Shown one piece after another: positions 1 through 10,291 of a stretch of 64,000 nucleotides of DNA. The DNA lies in assembly GCA_041650895.1 (NCBI GenBank), contig JBAZKF010000001.1:359156-423155 (forward strand). The letters are read 5' to 3'. Within the stretch, counting starts at the first letter, position 1. The number at the start of each line of letters is the position of its first letter. Made by a program: the position numbers and the translations under genes. The notes under the pieces are model-generated. The model saw only the letters and a program-made list of their open reading frames with translations, ran no database searches and was not told the origin of the DNA. The stretch comes from Patescibacteria group bacterium. Lineage in GTDB: Bacteria; Patescibacteriota; Patescibacteriia; 2-01-FULL-39-33.

Positions 1-3000
1 TGGCACACTTATTGGTTCCGGGATTGGAACAATGAGCGGAATCTTCACAATTCACAGCGCCACTCTCGCAAGAGCATGGCTCGGCGGTGATTTCGCAAAG
101 ATAAGTATAGTCCTTGATCGACTGCGCATAATTTTCGGCCAAATCAGCAGTGATACAATTATTATTGGAAGAAAAAGCCGCTATCGTATTACTGCAATTA
201 CTGGCGCTTCTACAAGTACTGCTATCAGCTTCATCCGCGCTATCGCATTGGCAAGACTTTAAACCACCGCCATAAGACGAATCATTAAGCGTAGCCAAAA
301 CGGAATACTCGCAAACTCTACCATTAGTATTGCCTTGCACCCAAGATTGCACTTCTTCTTGAGCTGGAGTGGTTACGCCTGTACCATCCGAAGTGGTAAT
401 CAGTCCATTGCCGGACGGAACGTAACAAATCGGCAAAGGAATAATGCCTAATGGCTTGGCGCAAACCAAGTTCTTCCACATACCGACTGACAAAACTCCG
501 CCGAACAGAGTATGGCTGGCCGTATCGCCGATAGCGATAAAAATGCCGTCAAATTGAAACTTATAAATAAAAGGATAGCGGAAAAGCGGCGACCAGGTCG
601 GACTAATATTGAATGAAGTGGCCTTAGTTTGTTTGGCATTGGTATCAAATTTTAACGATTCCATGCCGGATTCATTTACGCCTTCACCGAATAGGCCAAA
701 ATTACCCGTATACTGTGAGACGTCCAAAATCATGGTTTTTTTCTCTAAACAATAATACAAGGGATAACGTTCACTATAATAACTAGAGAAATCACTTAAA
801 GTTTCACCACGGATAGAATCAACCGGCCACCACTGCAAGCACTGTTGATTATTAGCCGGATCAGGCGTCAAACAATAGCCATACTGGCCATAAAAATAAT
901 TATTACCGTCATTATATTTGCAGGCCGGCGCATTCATACTGGGATAAACACGGCAAGTTCGATCAATATAACCGCTAGCGCTAGACTTGAGTAATGGTTT
1001 AAGATTGACGTTATCCCATAAAGTATAACCGCCGAGTTTAGAATTATCTATGCCTTTGCTTCCGTCGGGATTCATATTAAATAAGGCGAGCTGCACTCCA
1101 GAAACATTATCGCCCGTACGGAAATGCACGATCACTTGTTTCCAGGGCAAGCCGGTAGGGGTTTGCATTACCTCGCCCTTAACCCAGTCACCCTCGTAAA
1201 CACCGCCATCAACAGCGGCCAAATTAGGACGCGGTTGCCCCTTAGAATTTATAAACCGCAAGCGCAATTCCGCGTAAGGCAAACGGCCGGCAACGCCCGG
1301 ACCTTGCAAATCCTTGGTATGAACCCAGGCAGACAAGAAATAATCTTGATTGGGCAATATATCAACCGATTCAGAAATAACTCCCCAACCCGAGTTAATT
1401 TTCAAATATCCCACACCATCCTTGGCTTTTGCGCCATCACGACCAATAGTGGTATAACTAGCTTGCCAATTCTTATAAACAACATCGGGATTGCCGGCGG
1501 CGCAATCGGAGTTACTGGCGCAATAATAAACGGCCAAACGCCAGCCCAAAGGTTGAGTGGTAGCGCCGAAAGCCTCTTCAAAATTGCCATTAACCACATT
1601 GGACGATTGGCCGACTTGCGTCATAGCATCAAAAGAATAATACCCAACGCGAGAGAAGCCGGATTTATTGGCATCCAATGAAGGAGAATATTGATCGCTA
1701 CTAACAGCATCATTAGCCAGATAATTATTACAAATGCCATTGTCGCCCAAAGAATTACAGGCGCCAACCTCCAAACAGGAATCCTGATCGCTGAAAAAAT
1801 ACGGGGCTAAGGTGGATGATTGGCCCTCCTCTTTCTTTTCAAAAGTAGAGCAAGTCAGCCAATTGGCGCAAGCACGATTGGGTTGCGATTTTAAAATAAT
1901 ATTAGCGTCTTTAGGTTTGCCTGCTTCAGTCACAGCGGCCGGTGGAACCGAGCGGGATAAGCCATTAATACCTTGCGGATAATTATTATCCCGAGTCAGG
2001 CGACTGGAAAAAGACAATGAAGTAGTGGCGCTATTAATCAAATTACTGTAATCAAGCTGACTGCGGTCATTAAATAGAACACAACCCTTATGGTAATCAA
2101 CTTGGCCGTTACAATCACCGCTGCTAACCTTGGAACTTAAAATATAAGAAACGCTGGCTAATCCAACCTTATCCCTGACCAAATCTATTGATGACCCATC
2201 CTGAGTCTTGAAAGTTACACGGCAAGTCAATGACTTGGGATTATCCACAGCTAAATAAAGATAATGGCCAAGATTGTCGGAGAAACTATTGCTTACCCCC
2301 TGAACATCGCTACAAATTATATCGCCAACCTTTATATTATCGGACAAAACATACAGAATGTTTTTCTTAATGGACACATCAACACAGGTGTCCTGGCCTT
2401 CGCAACGTTGCGGAATAAGATTAGACGCCAAGTTTTCCAACGGATCAATGTATTCGCTACAACCGGATTGCTCAGTTGAGCACGCCCCGACCCAGCCACT
2501 ATAAGCCGGACTGGACGGTGCTTGCAAAGTCACTGCATTAATCGGGCCCAACGGCTGTAATTTGTCCGTTGCTGATTTATAACTTAAACCCAATGTTTGC
2601 TGATAAGTGGTGGGACAAGTCTCAACAGTGCCGGATTTAAACCATTTATCCAGGCCGTTGGAACTATCAGAGGAAGTGAATTGGCAAACTTTACCATGCG
2701 GATCCTTAAAGTAAATTAAGGTATTATTACCCGCCCACTCTTCACACCATAAATTCTCCGCCGAACATAAGTCAGTAGAATAACGATCCGGATCGTTTTT
2801 AACATAAATATCCCGATAACCAGTAATCTCATCCCACTTATCTATTAAGGGTAAGCCGTAGCGAGTACAGCCCTTATCCCCTTTAGCACAAGAATACTTG
2901 TCATAATTAACCAAATAGACCAGGGTATCGGTCGCCACAAAAATATCATCATGGTTAACGCTATTGGCGATGTTAAACGATTGCGCCTGAGGCGCACTGG

Positions 3001-6000
3001 AATTAAAGGTATCAATCAAAGCCTCGCAACCGGCCGCCTCCGGACGGCATAAAGAAGCAAAAGATCTTAAGTAAGACACTTTATTCTTACGATCCAGGTA
3101 ACCAGCGCAACCCAGCATCTCTCCAATAGAACAACGCCCAGACTGAGTATCTTGACAAACGCCTTCGGTCTTGGCCTTATTACCATCAGGATCATCTAAT
3201 TTATTATCGCAAGAAAGCGGAGTAAACCAGGAATTTTCGATGGCGTAAACTTGATTCGTAATTTCTTTAAGAATAATATTATCCAAATAAACAACCTGTC
3301 CGTTAGGCATAGAGAACTCCAAGTAATTGCCATCGCCCGGTTCCCAAGTTACAAATAGCGGTCCCAATTCATAACGTTTCCATTCCTCCGTTAATTGCGT
3401 CCGCGGATTAATCAAATTCTCCCCGAGTAAACGGCTGGCGGAAAAATAATTATTGCCGTTAGCGGCGGAATTATCATTCCAATTGATACCGCTCTTTTCA
3501 ACAAATCTAATATTATCAAGATAATAAGAAGCATTGCCTTTGGCCCAGAACGATAAAGTATAAGCTTTGTTCTTCTGAATTGTTATCGGGTAATGAATAG
3601 TAGGATTATTAACCTTATTAGACAGAGAATTACCGCCGGGGAAAGTCGATTCGGAAGAAATAAATAAGCCGTTTCTGCCGCCATTTGCGTCCTCCCACAA
3701 GTCCAAAGCAGTACTGCTGGCGGTAAAATTAACCACATTAATGGCGTTCTTAATATTATTACCTCGATTGCCGGTATAAGCACGACACCCCTGGGCGTTG
3801 GCCGGGCAAATTTTACCTTGTCCGGGGATGGCCATATAAATACATTCATTACTGCCGTTCCACCAACCACTATGGCTTTCGCAATTAGCCTTGGCCTCAG
3901 TAAATGAGGTTTCGGTCATGGTGCGGCGATACGGATGGCAATTATTGGAGACAGAAACGGTACGGGACAGTAAGCGATAATGGATATTGCCGTCTACATC
4001 GTATAATTCGCGGCAATCCGGATTGCTAACCATGTCATCCTTAGTACAAACGCCGAAATCATAACGACCGGCTTCTGCGCCATGGGTATTTGCGGAATCA
4101 TTACAAACAGCATTGCCCGAGGCGTTGTAAATCAAATTAGTGCAAGGAGCAGTGCCCTGGCCGACGCCGGCTGTTTCCGGATCACTGGCAACCTGTGATT
4201 TTTTCAAACTAAACGCTACCAACTGATAGCCGGTGATATCCGAACCCTCCCAAGTATAATAAGCTCCGTCATCAACTGATGGCTTTTGACAGGCTTGGAT
4301 TTGGCTATAGTATTCTTTTTGTTCTCCACCCTGTCCGGCAGTATCAAGGTTGGTAAACTCATCGCAACCGGCATAATTAGCGGAACAAGTCTTAAGTTTA
4401 CTGTCAGCAATAAATTGTCTGAAAGCTTGATTAATGAAACTGGTTTTCTCCTGGTTGTATAATTGATAACCGGCGCACTCCTTTGGGCAAGCATCGAAAT
4501 CCTGCGCCACGCCCGGTATTGACGGATCGCCATTAACGGGCCGATATAACTCACAGCCAACTTCTTGCGGCGTACAAACTCCGGCATAACGGGCGCAATT
4601 GGCATTTTTGTTTTTTAAGACGCTGGTTAACTCCTGTTGATTTTGCGGCCACTGCAAACCGGCAATATCCGGATAAGCGTCGTAACAGCTGAAATAGTCA
4701 GGGGCTTTCTTAAGATAAGCCACTTGTTCAACCGACCGAGCTGCCGGATTATAATCACTATAAATACTAGGATAAGTGGCATTGAAGGAAATCGCCTCAG
4801 TTTTGACATTATCAATAATCGCTTCTTGACCAGTTGCCCCAGTGGAAAACCACAGCTCCATCCTGGCTGCATTATCCGGTGCCTTAAACTTACAGAAGAA
4901 ACGACTAGAAGTCGCAAAAGAAGTAGGAGTGAACTTTAAGGCTAACGTCTGCGGGATGTTGCCATCTTTATCCTGAGCCCATTCGCAAGTCGCAGAAGAA
5001 GTGGCAACCGGCAAAACGGCCCCGGCTTTGGATTTGAATCTCAAGAAAGTTTCAATTAATGTCGCTTGATCGACAGAAATCTGATAACCATCAATAGCCA
5101 AAAAATAATACTGACCGGGAGTAACCTGGATCGTTTTATTGATATTGGCACTATCTAAGCCGCTTAAATAGCTGATTTTAGCTCTAGTGTTATCTGCCAA
5201 AATCAAATTGCTCCAATCATATAAAGTGCCGTCAAAACCGCCATTAATGACAACATTTCCGCCTAAATTTGATTTGGTGCGGATAAATTGGCTGCAACCG
5301 TCGCTCAAGGATGAGCAAGTCTGGGCATCACGATCAAAATACATCTCTGTCGCACCTTCGCGCGAGGAAACAAGAACCGACACGGCGCCGACGCCGCAAG
5401 CAGTACTGATAGGATAGAATTCAAAATCATCAAGATACAAATCAGCATAAACTCCGGCGGGATTACGGACTACCAGAATTATCTGCTCATTGTCGCCGGA
5501 ATTAAAATTAAGATTAGTTTCGCGCCAACCGGAAGAACCGCTGGTCAATTGCAGATTATTCAATAAGGAAGGCCACAAGGAACTATCTTGATCGAAAGAC
5601 GTAGCACCTTTACTGCCAGCCCGCACCTCCACATTAACACTGCCATTAATGGACCCTTTGTAATAGAACCTGACATTATAATTAGTGTTCTTCTCTACTG
5701 GTATGGCCGGTTCGTAACTGATCAGATCAGCCGGAGCATAAAGCGTCTTAATAAAAAGCGAAGCAACGCCACTGTGTTTCTCGGTGGTGACGCGAAGATG
5801 GCGATTATTATTATCAATGAACGCCAAAGTCCAGGAAGCGGCTTTCCACCCTTCCTGACTATTAAGCAATCCTTCCAAACCAAGGTTTGGCTTATTGGCT
5901 ACTTCGGCGGTATAAACGTCAGGGAATAATTTGGCATCATTACATAAACGCAACTGGCAGGACACGCCATTATCCGGAACATTACAAGAAGGATCGCGAG

Positions 6001-8251
6001 GAGCATAACTCGTCTGGTCTATAGCTTCTGAATATTGAAAACTGCAATAATTGCCTCCGGTGGTTTGATGAAAAACACAACCTTTGCCGGTAACATCCAA
6101 TTTGCACATATCCGAAGAACACGGCGAGGCTAAGCGCAAGCGGGAATTGGCGCTGACCTGGTGACCGGCCTGTATCCACCAATCCCTATCGCTTCTACTG
6201 AAAGTAATAACCTGATTGACGGCCTCGGGCGGAGTAAGTTGCGTACCACTACCCAGATTAGTCCAGGTCTGGCTGGAAGGATTATAATCTATGGCATACC
6301 AACGGCAACCAGCCACCTGCGCATTACAATTTCTAAAATCCAAAGTATTGGTTAAATAAGAGGAGGTACCGCCAGTACGCGAAGTATAGGTCTGACAGGA
6401 ATTAACTCTGGCCGGACAGGTTTTGCCTAAATCCCAAATGCGGCGCTCTTCATTGCAATAACCGTAAGCCAAGCAGGCGCCGTTTTCATCTTCTTGCAAA
6501 CATTGTTGCTCGTCAGAGCAGTATTCCAAACGGCCGATGGTTCCGCTTTGATCGTCTTTATTCAGATTTAAAGCGCCATACCCCTGGCGACGACAACTGG
6601 TTTCATACGCCTTAAGCGTCCAGTAGGGGTCAACCATGCCCTTAAAACTATTAGTGGTGCAACCGTTTTTGCCTAAACCCTCATAACAATTAATTAATTC
6701 ACCTAAAGTATATTCGCGATTACTATTAGAATTCCTGATAAGATTAGCGGCCTCTTCCCAACCCACCGGCACGATACGGTATTGACGTAAAACCAAAATA
6801 GAACGGTAAGGAATAGCTGTCTGTAAAGAATTTGACTGTTCTGATCGAGGCGAGAAAACACGATTCTTGATCTGATCAGGCAAATCAATCACATAAGTTT
6901 TGCTTTTAATCACTTGCGCCAAGGAACCATCAATAATACAATCCATTGGTCCGGGATTGGTCTTAGACGAATCATCGCAAGAAGAAAGTCCGACTATTAA
7001 ATCAACCTTCCCGCCTTGTTGACCTTGACTGCCGGAGATGGCATTATTGATTCTCTCTTCAGCTCCTTTAGTGCCTTCGGTTATTATCGGACTGGCCGAA
7101 GGATTAAACAAGGCAGTCAAAGCGCCGGAAAGTATGTTGGAACCTTGACTAGTCAAGGGATTGGAACTACCGCCGGAAGAACCGCCAGATGATGACTGTG
7201 TCAAAGAAAACAAGCCTTCTTTTAACAACCCCAATGATTCAGCCACAACTGTATCCATGAACTCAAATGGCACGGCCATGGCTGTTTCCGTCCAGGTAAT
7301 AGAATATTGGGAGTTACCCTTCTTCAACATAGCATCGGTCATCATGTCATGAAGCATGGTGCCAGGAGTAAGAATTTTACCGTTGAACGTCACCTTACTC
7401 AGCCAACCCTGATTGGTGCTGGCTTCATAGGTCTTAGACTTGACTTGCTGATTGACCGCCAAATCGCGCAAATCCAAAGCCAACAATGAAGCAGTAATGT
7501 CATTTTCCCCGGGCCGTAAAGCCAGAGTGTATTCCAAGGGGAAGGTAGGGTTAGTTACGGCCTCTTGCCAATTAGTCATGATCTCAGAAAAAGTACATCT
7601 GACGCGAGGAGCTGTTCGGCCCAGTTGAATATTGATCAACAACTGGACTTGCAAATCAGGCTGGCAAATATCCACGCCATAATGCTGACTAAAATTATCA
7701 ATAAAATCACCGAGAGCCGAGTCGGCGGCGTTAAGTAAATAAGCATTCCATCCCTCGGTAATATAAGCCGGTTTCTGACCCTTAAGCGCAGTAAAAGCAA
7801 TCTTGGTAGCTTCACGCGTAACACTTCTAAGTAAAGTATCCAACGCTTTAGAAGCGGAATTACTTAAGGCATTTAGAAACTTTTTCCATCTGTCTTGATT
7901 TTTTGCCTTTCTTACTTCCGCCTTTAAATCAGCTTCTATTTGTTGCCCCGTACTATTATCAGAAACATATTTATTGCAGACGGTTTGAGCTTCAGCCAAA
8001 GCGCTTAATTTTGCGCTACAATCATAAAAGCCACAAGGGATGGCGGTTGCCGCCTTTTTTAACGCTTCACACATAGCCAAAGCCTGTTTAGCGGGAAGTC
8101 CAGCTTCAGCCTGACTCAAGGCTGTCTTTGCTTCGCCTAGTTGGGTCTCAAAAGCCGTCGCCGGATCTTGAGCTGAAACGCGTAATGGACAAAAAAAGTA
8201 AAAACAACAAAAAATTACCCCCAATAAGATCATTGGGTTATAAAGCTTCAT
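1..8251 (-). CDS. Giant secreted/cell-surface protein, Cys-rich, more than 2,750 aa; 5' end in window and 3' end beyond the left edge (partial)
   Basis: The ATG is at 8249-8251 (reverse strand) and the N-terminus reads MKLYNPMILLGVIFCCFYFF..., a signal-peptide/TM-like stretch. The minus-strand frame with top position ≡1 mod 3 has no stop in several spot-checked segments (1-61, 1501-1560, 3001-3058, 4202-4231, 6002-6058, 7502-7558) or in a manual read-through. The ORF track lists no complete ORF longer than 130 aa across these 8.2 kb, as expected for an ORF whose stop lies outside the window. Plus-strand ORFs here are short and antisense. Confidence 0.65.
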   Translation of the reverse strand, partial: MKLYNPMILLGVIFCCFYFFCPLRVSAQDPATAFETQLGEAKTALSQAEAGLPAKQALAMCEALKKAATAIPCGFYDCSAKLSALAEAQTVCNKYVSDNSTGQQIEADLKAEVRKAKNQDRWKKFLNALSNSASKALDTLLRSVTREATKIAFTALKGQKPAYITEGWNAYLLNAADSALGDFIDNFSQHYGVDICQPDLQVQLLINIQLGRTAPRVRCTFSEIMTNWQEAVTNPTFPLEYTLALRPGENDITASLLALDLRDLAVNQQVKSKTYEASTNQGWLSKVTFNGKILTPGTMLHDMMTDAMLKKGNSQYSITWTETAMAVPFEFMDTVVAESLGLLKEGLFSLTQSSSGGSSGGSSNPLTSQGSNILSGALTALFNPSASPIITEGTKGAEERINNAISGSQGQQGGKVDLIVGLSSCDDSSKTNPGPMDCIIDGSLAQVIKSKTYVIDLPDQIKNRVFSPRSEQSNSLQTAIPYRSILVLRQYRIVPVGWEEAANLIRNSNSNREYTLGELINCYEGLGKNGCTTNSFKGMVDPYWTLKAYETSCRRQGYGALNLNKDDQSGTIGRLEYCSDEQQCLQEDENGACLAYGYCNEERRIWDLGKTCPARVNSCQTYTSRTGGTSSYLTNTLDFRNCNAQVAGCRWYAIDYNPSSQTWTNLGSGTQLTPPEAVNQVITFSRSDRDWWIQAGHQVSANSRLRLASPCSSDMCKLDVTGKGCVFHQTTGGNYCSFQYSEAIDQTSYAPRDPSCNVPDNGVSCQLRLCNDAKLFPDVYTAEVANKPNLGLEGLLNSQEGWKAASWTLAFIDNNNRHLRVTTEKHSGVASLFIKTLYAPADLISYEPAIPVEKNTNYNVRFYYKGSINGSVNVEVRAGSKGATSFDQDSSLWPSLLNNLQLTSGSSGWRETNLNFNSGDNEQIILVVRNPAGVYADLYLDDFEFYPISTACGVGAVSVLVSSREGATEMYFDRDAQTCSSLSDGCSQFIRTKSNLGGNVVINGGFDGTLYDWSNLILADNTRAKISYLSGLDSANINKTIQVTPGQYYFLAIDGYQISVDQATLIETFLRFKSKAGAVLPVATSSATCEWAQDKDGNIPQTLALKFTPTSFATSSRFFCKFKAPDNAARMELWFSTGATGQEAIIDNVKTEAISFNATYPSIYSDYNPAARSVEQVAYLKKAPDYFSCYDAYPDIAGLQWPQNQQELTSVLKNKNANCARYAGVCTPQEVGCELYRPVNGDPSIPGVAQDFDACPKECAGYQLYNQEKTSFINQAFRQFIADSKLKTCSANYAGCDEFTNLDTAGQGGEQKEYYSQIQACQKPSVDDGAYYTWEGSDITGYQLVAFSLKKSQVASDPETAGVGQGTAPCTNLIYNASGNAVCNDSANTHGAEAGRYDFGVCTKDDMVSNPDCRELYDVDGNIHYRLLSRTVSVSNNCHPYRRTMTETSFTEAKANCESHSGWWNGSNECIYMAIPGQGKICPANAQGCRAYTGNRGNNIKNAINVVNFTASSTALDLWEDANGGRNGLFISSESTFPGGNSLSNKVNNPTIHYPITIQKNKAYTLSFWAKGNASYYLDNIRFVEKSGINWNDNSAANGNNYFSASRLLGENLINPRTQLTEEWKRYELGPLFVTWEPGDGNYLEFSMPNGQVVYLDNIILKEITNQVYAIENSWFTPLSCDNKLDDPDGNKAKTEGVCQDTQSGRCSIGEMLGCAGYLDRKNKVSYLRSFASLCRPEAAGCEALIDTFNSSAPQAQSFNIANSVNHDDIFVATDTLVYLVNYDKYSCAKGDKGCTRYGLPLIDKWDEITGYRDIYVKNDPDRYSTDLCSAENLWCEEWAGNNTLIYFKDPHGKVCQFTSSDSSNGLDKWFKSGTVETCPTTYQQTLGLSYKSATDKLQPLGPINAVTLQAPSSPAYSGWVGACSTEQSGCSEYIDPLENLASNLIPQRCEGQDTCVDVSIKKNILYVLSDNIKVGDIICSDVQGVSNSFSDNLGHYLYLAVDNPKSLTCRVTFKTQDGSSIDLVRDKVGLASVSYILSSKVSSGDCNGQVDYHKGCVLFNDRSQLDYSNLINSATTSLSFSSRLTRDNNYPQGINGLSRSVPPAAVTEAGKPKDANIILKSQPNRACANWLTCSTFEKKEEGQSSTLAPYFFSDQDSCLEVGACNSLGDNGICNNYLANDAVSSDQYSPSLDANKSGFSRVGYYSFDAMTQVGQSSNVVNGNFEEAFGATTQPLGWRLAVYYCASNSDCAAGNPDVVYKNWQASYTTIGRDGAKAKDGVGYLKINSGWGVISESVDILPNQDYFLSAWVHTKDLQGPGVAGRLPYAELRLRFINSKGQPRPNLAAVDGGVYEGDWVKGEVMQTPTGLPWKQVIVHFRTGDNVSGVQLALFNMNPDGSKGIDNSKLGGYTLWDNVNLKPLLKSSASGYIDRTCRVYPSMNAPACKYNDGNNYFYGQYGYCLTPDPANNQQCLQWWPVDSIRGETLSDFSSYYSERYPLYYCLEKKTMILDVSQYTGNFGLFGEGVNESGMESLKFDTNAKQTKATSFNISPTWSPLFRYPFIYKFQFDGIFIAIGDTASHTLFGGVLSVGMWKNLVCAKPLGIIPLPICYVPSGNGLITTSDGTGVTTPAQEEVQSWVQGNTNGRVCEYSVLATLNDSSYGGGLKSCQCDSADEADSSTCRSASNCSNTIAAFSSNNNCITADLAENYAQSIKDYTYLCEITAEPCSCESGAVNCEDSAHCSNPGTNKCA

Positions 8252-8287
8252 TTGTTTATACTTATTCAAAAACATAATCTACAATAT

Positions 8288-9334
8288 TTAAGTGGAGGTT
8301 GCCGTTGAAGAAACCACGCGCTTCTCTAATTCGCTAATAAATATCTGCTTCAGTTCATCATCGCCGGCGGCGTTTAAAATAGTGGAATCGCCGCCGGATT
8401 TAATCAGAATTTGTCTAATCTGCGCGCCGGACAACTCCTTAAAATCAGCCATAGTGGTAACACCGAATGATTCTAAATTAACATTAGCCCAACCGCTCGT
8501 AGCGGCGTCCGTCGTTTCTCCGATCAAGTCCGTTTGATCAATCAAATCATCTGTAGCACCCAAATCACCGCCAATTGCATAAGAAGAAAAAATAGTCGGG
8601 TCAATCAAGCCATATTGCTGTAATTGTTGCGCCATAGTCGGGTTATTCTGCAAATACTGGGCAAAAATCTGCATTAATTCATCGTCAGTGGTATCGGCTA
8701 AATCTTGATCACTAATGCCGCTGTCTTTTAACATTTGCCTGATAACGGACGGAGTCAAAGCCGAATAATTACTGGTCTGGCTAACAGTCGCTGTCGGAGT
8801 AGTCAAATCGGTGAGCTCAGAAGATAATGATCCGCTGACTGAAGGGCTGGCAGTAGAATCCATAGTGGGCAAACCAGTACATTTCTGGCCTTGCGGACAA
8901 TTCGGATCGGTGCCTCTATCCACTTCCATTTTATCATCCAAACCGTCAGAATCGCTATCTTTGAGGTAGGGACTGGTATGATAAACGCTTAACTCAAGAT
9001 TGTCGGCCAAACCGTCAGCATCCGTATCACGGGTCATCATGTCTCTAATCTGCGCCTGTTGCAAAGCCAGCCTTTCCGCGCGGGATTTGTTGCCGGCTTT
9101 AACTATATCCTGAAAAGGATTTTGACTGGCTAAAAAAAACTGCCAAAAACCAAAAACAAGGGCCATTAACCCGATTACTGCGATCAAAACTGTATGCATT
9201 TTTTCCTTGCCTGTAAGTGACTGGCTGATGCCTGAATCTTTGTTGGAGGCTATACTATTGCCTACTTCCAAATTTTTCAAATAATCAGGTTCTTTATCTT
9301 CACTTACCGGCTGGAATTTTTCACTACCTTCCAT
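8288..9334 (-). CDS. Membrane-anchored protein with thrombospondin-type-3-like Ca-binding Asp repeats (DTDADGLAD, DSDSDGLDD), probably co-transcribed with the giant protein gene
   Basis: 348-aa ORF with one TM helix (VLIAVIGLMALVFGFWQFFLA), DxDxDG motifs and a Ser/Thr-rich C-terminus. It ends 37 bp upstream of the giant ORF start. Confidence 0.6.
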   Translation of the reverse strand: MEGSEKFQPVSEDKEPDYLKNLEVGNSIASNKDSGISQSLTGKEKMHTVLIAVIGLMALVFGFWQFFLASQNPFQDIVKAGNKSRAERLALQQAQIRDMMTRDTDADGLADNLELSVYHTSPYLKDSDSDGLDDKMEVDRGTDPNCPQGQKCTGLPTMDSTASPSVSGSLSSELTDLTTPTATVSQTSNYSALTPSVIRQMLKDSGISDQDLADTTDDELMQIFAQYLQNNPTMAQQLQQYGLIDPTIFSSYAIGGDLGATDDLIDQTDLIGETTDAATSGWANVNLESFGVTTMADFKELSGAQIRQILIKSGGDSTILNAAGDDELKQIFISELEKRVVSSTATST

Positions 9335-9490
9335 TTAGAGGTGTGGATAAGTTATGTATTAATTATACCACAAAATCGTTTTCGTAAAAAGATTTATATT
9401 AGAACATTTAAATAATGAATAAATCAAGGAAACAAAAAAACAATAATTACCTATTCTGTTACCTTATCGCCTAATTATTGTCTTATTTTA

Positions 9491-10291
9491 TTATTTGATT
9501 GTTTCCGCCAATTTCACCCAATCTTCTACGCCCAAGTCTTGCGCGCGGATCTTCTCATCCATTCCTAACCCGATCAAAATCGAACGAACCTGCTTTTCCG
9601 GCAGATGCAATCCGCCGGACAAATTATTCTTCATTTGTTTTCTTTTGGCGGCAAAACCGATACGCGCCAAACGGAAAACCTGCTTGGCTCCAGCCGGCGA
9701 AGGTTGCTTTAACTTTATCCGGACTACCGCCGAATCCACCGCCGGAGCGGGCCAAAAACATCCGCGACCGACTTCAAACAATATCTGCGGCTCACCAAAA
9801 AGCTGGGCCGACAAACTCAACAAAGACATTTCTCCCGGCTTAGCCATCAGCCTTTTGGCCACTTCCTTCTGTAACATCAAAATCATTTCTGTTGGCTTTG
9901 GTCCGGTTTCCAAGAATAATTTTAGAAACGCCGCAGTAATGGAATACGGCAAGTTGGCAACAATGCGATAAGAAAAATCCGTAAATCCCTCAGCCGCCAA
10001 ATTAACCCGCAAAATATCACCGGCAATTAATTTGATCTTAGGAAAATTGGTTTTAATATAAGAGATTATTCTTTCGTCTAATTCCACTGCCACTAAATTG
10101 TCAGTGGCCTTAGCCAGCTCTTCGGTCAATACGCCCAATCCCGGTCCGACTTCCAAGATTTTTTCTCCTGGTTCAACGCCGGCGGCGACCATAATTTTTT
10201 TGACAATATTGGCATCAATTAAAAAATTCTGCCCCTTGGACTTGGACGGCCTGATATCATACTGCTGGCATAAGGATTTAACATCAATCAT
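9491..10291 (-). CDS. rsmA: 16S rRNA (adenine1518/1519-N6)-dimethyltransferase RsmA/KsgA
   Basis: Carries the GQNFL motif and an EVGPGLGVLTEEL SAM-binding motif; 266 aa. Confidence 0.85.
   Translation of the reverse strand: MIDVKSLCQQYDIRPSKSKGQNFLIDANIVKKIMVAAGVEPGEKILEVGPGLGVLTEELAKATDNLVAVELDERIISYIKTNFPKIKLIAGDILRVNLAAEGFTDFSYRIVANLPYSITAAFLKLFLETGPKPTEMILMLQKEVAKRLMAKPGEMSLLSLSAQLFGEPQILFEVGRGCFWPAPAVDSAVVRIKLKQPSPAGAKQVFRLARIGFAAKRKQMKNNLSGGLHLPEKQVRSILIGLGMDEKIRAQDLGVEDWVKLAETIK

Noticed and set aside
32-7824. Plus- and minus-strand short ORFs (60–185 aa) listed by the track across 1–8250, for example 1124..1681 (+) and 4216..4605 (−).
   Set aside because: All are antisense to, or out of frame with, the uninterrupted giant minus-strand reading frame. 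They have no RBS or domain signals and are most likely spurious.
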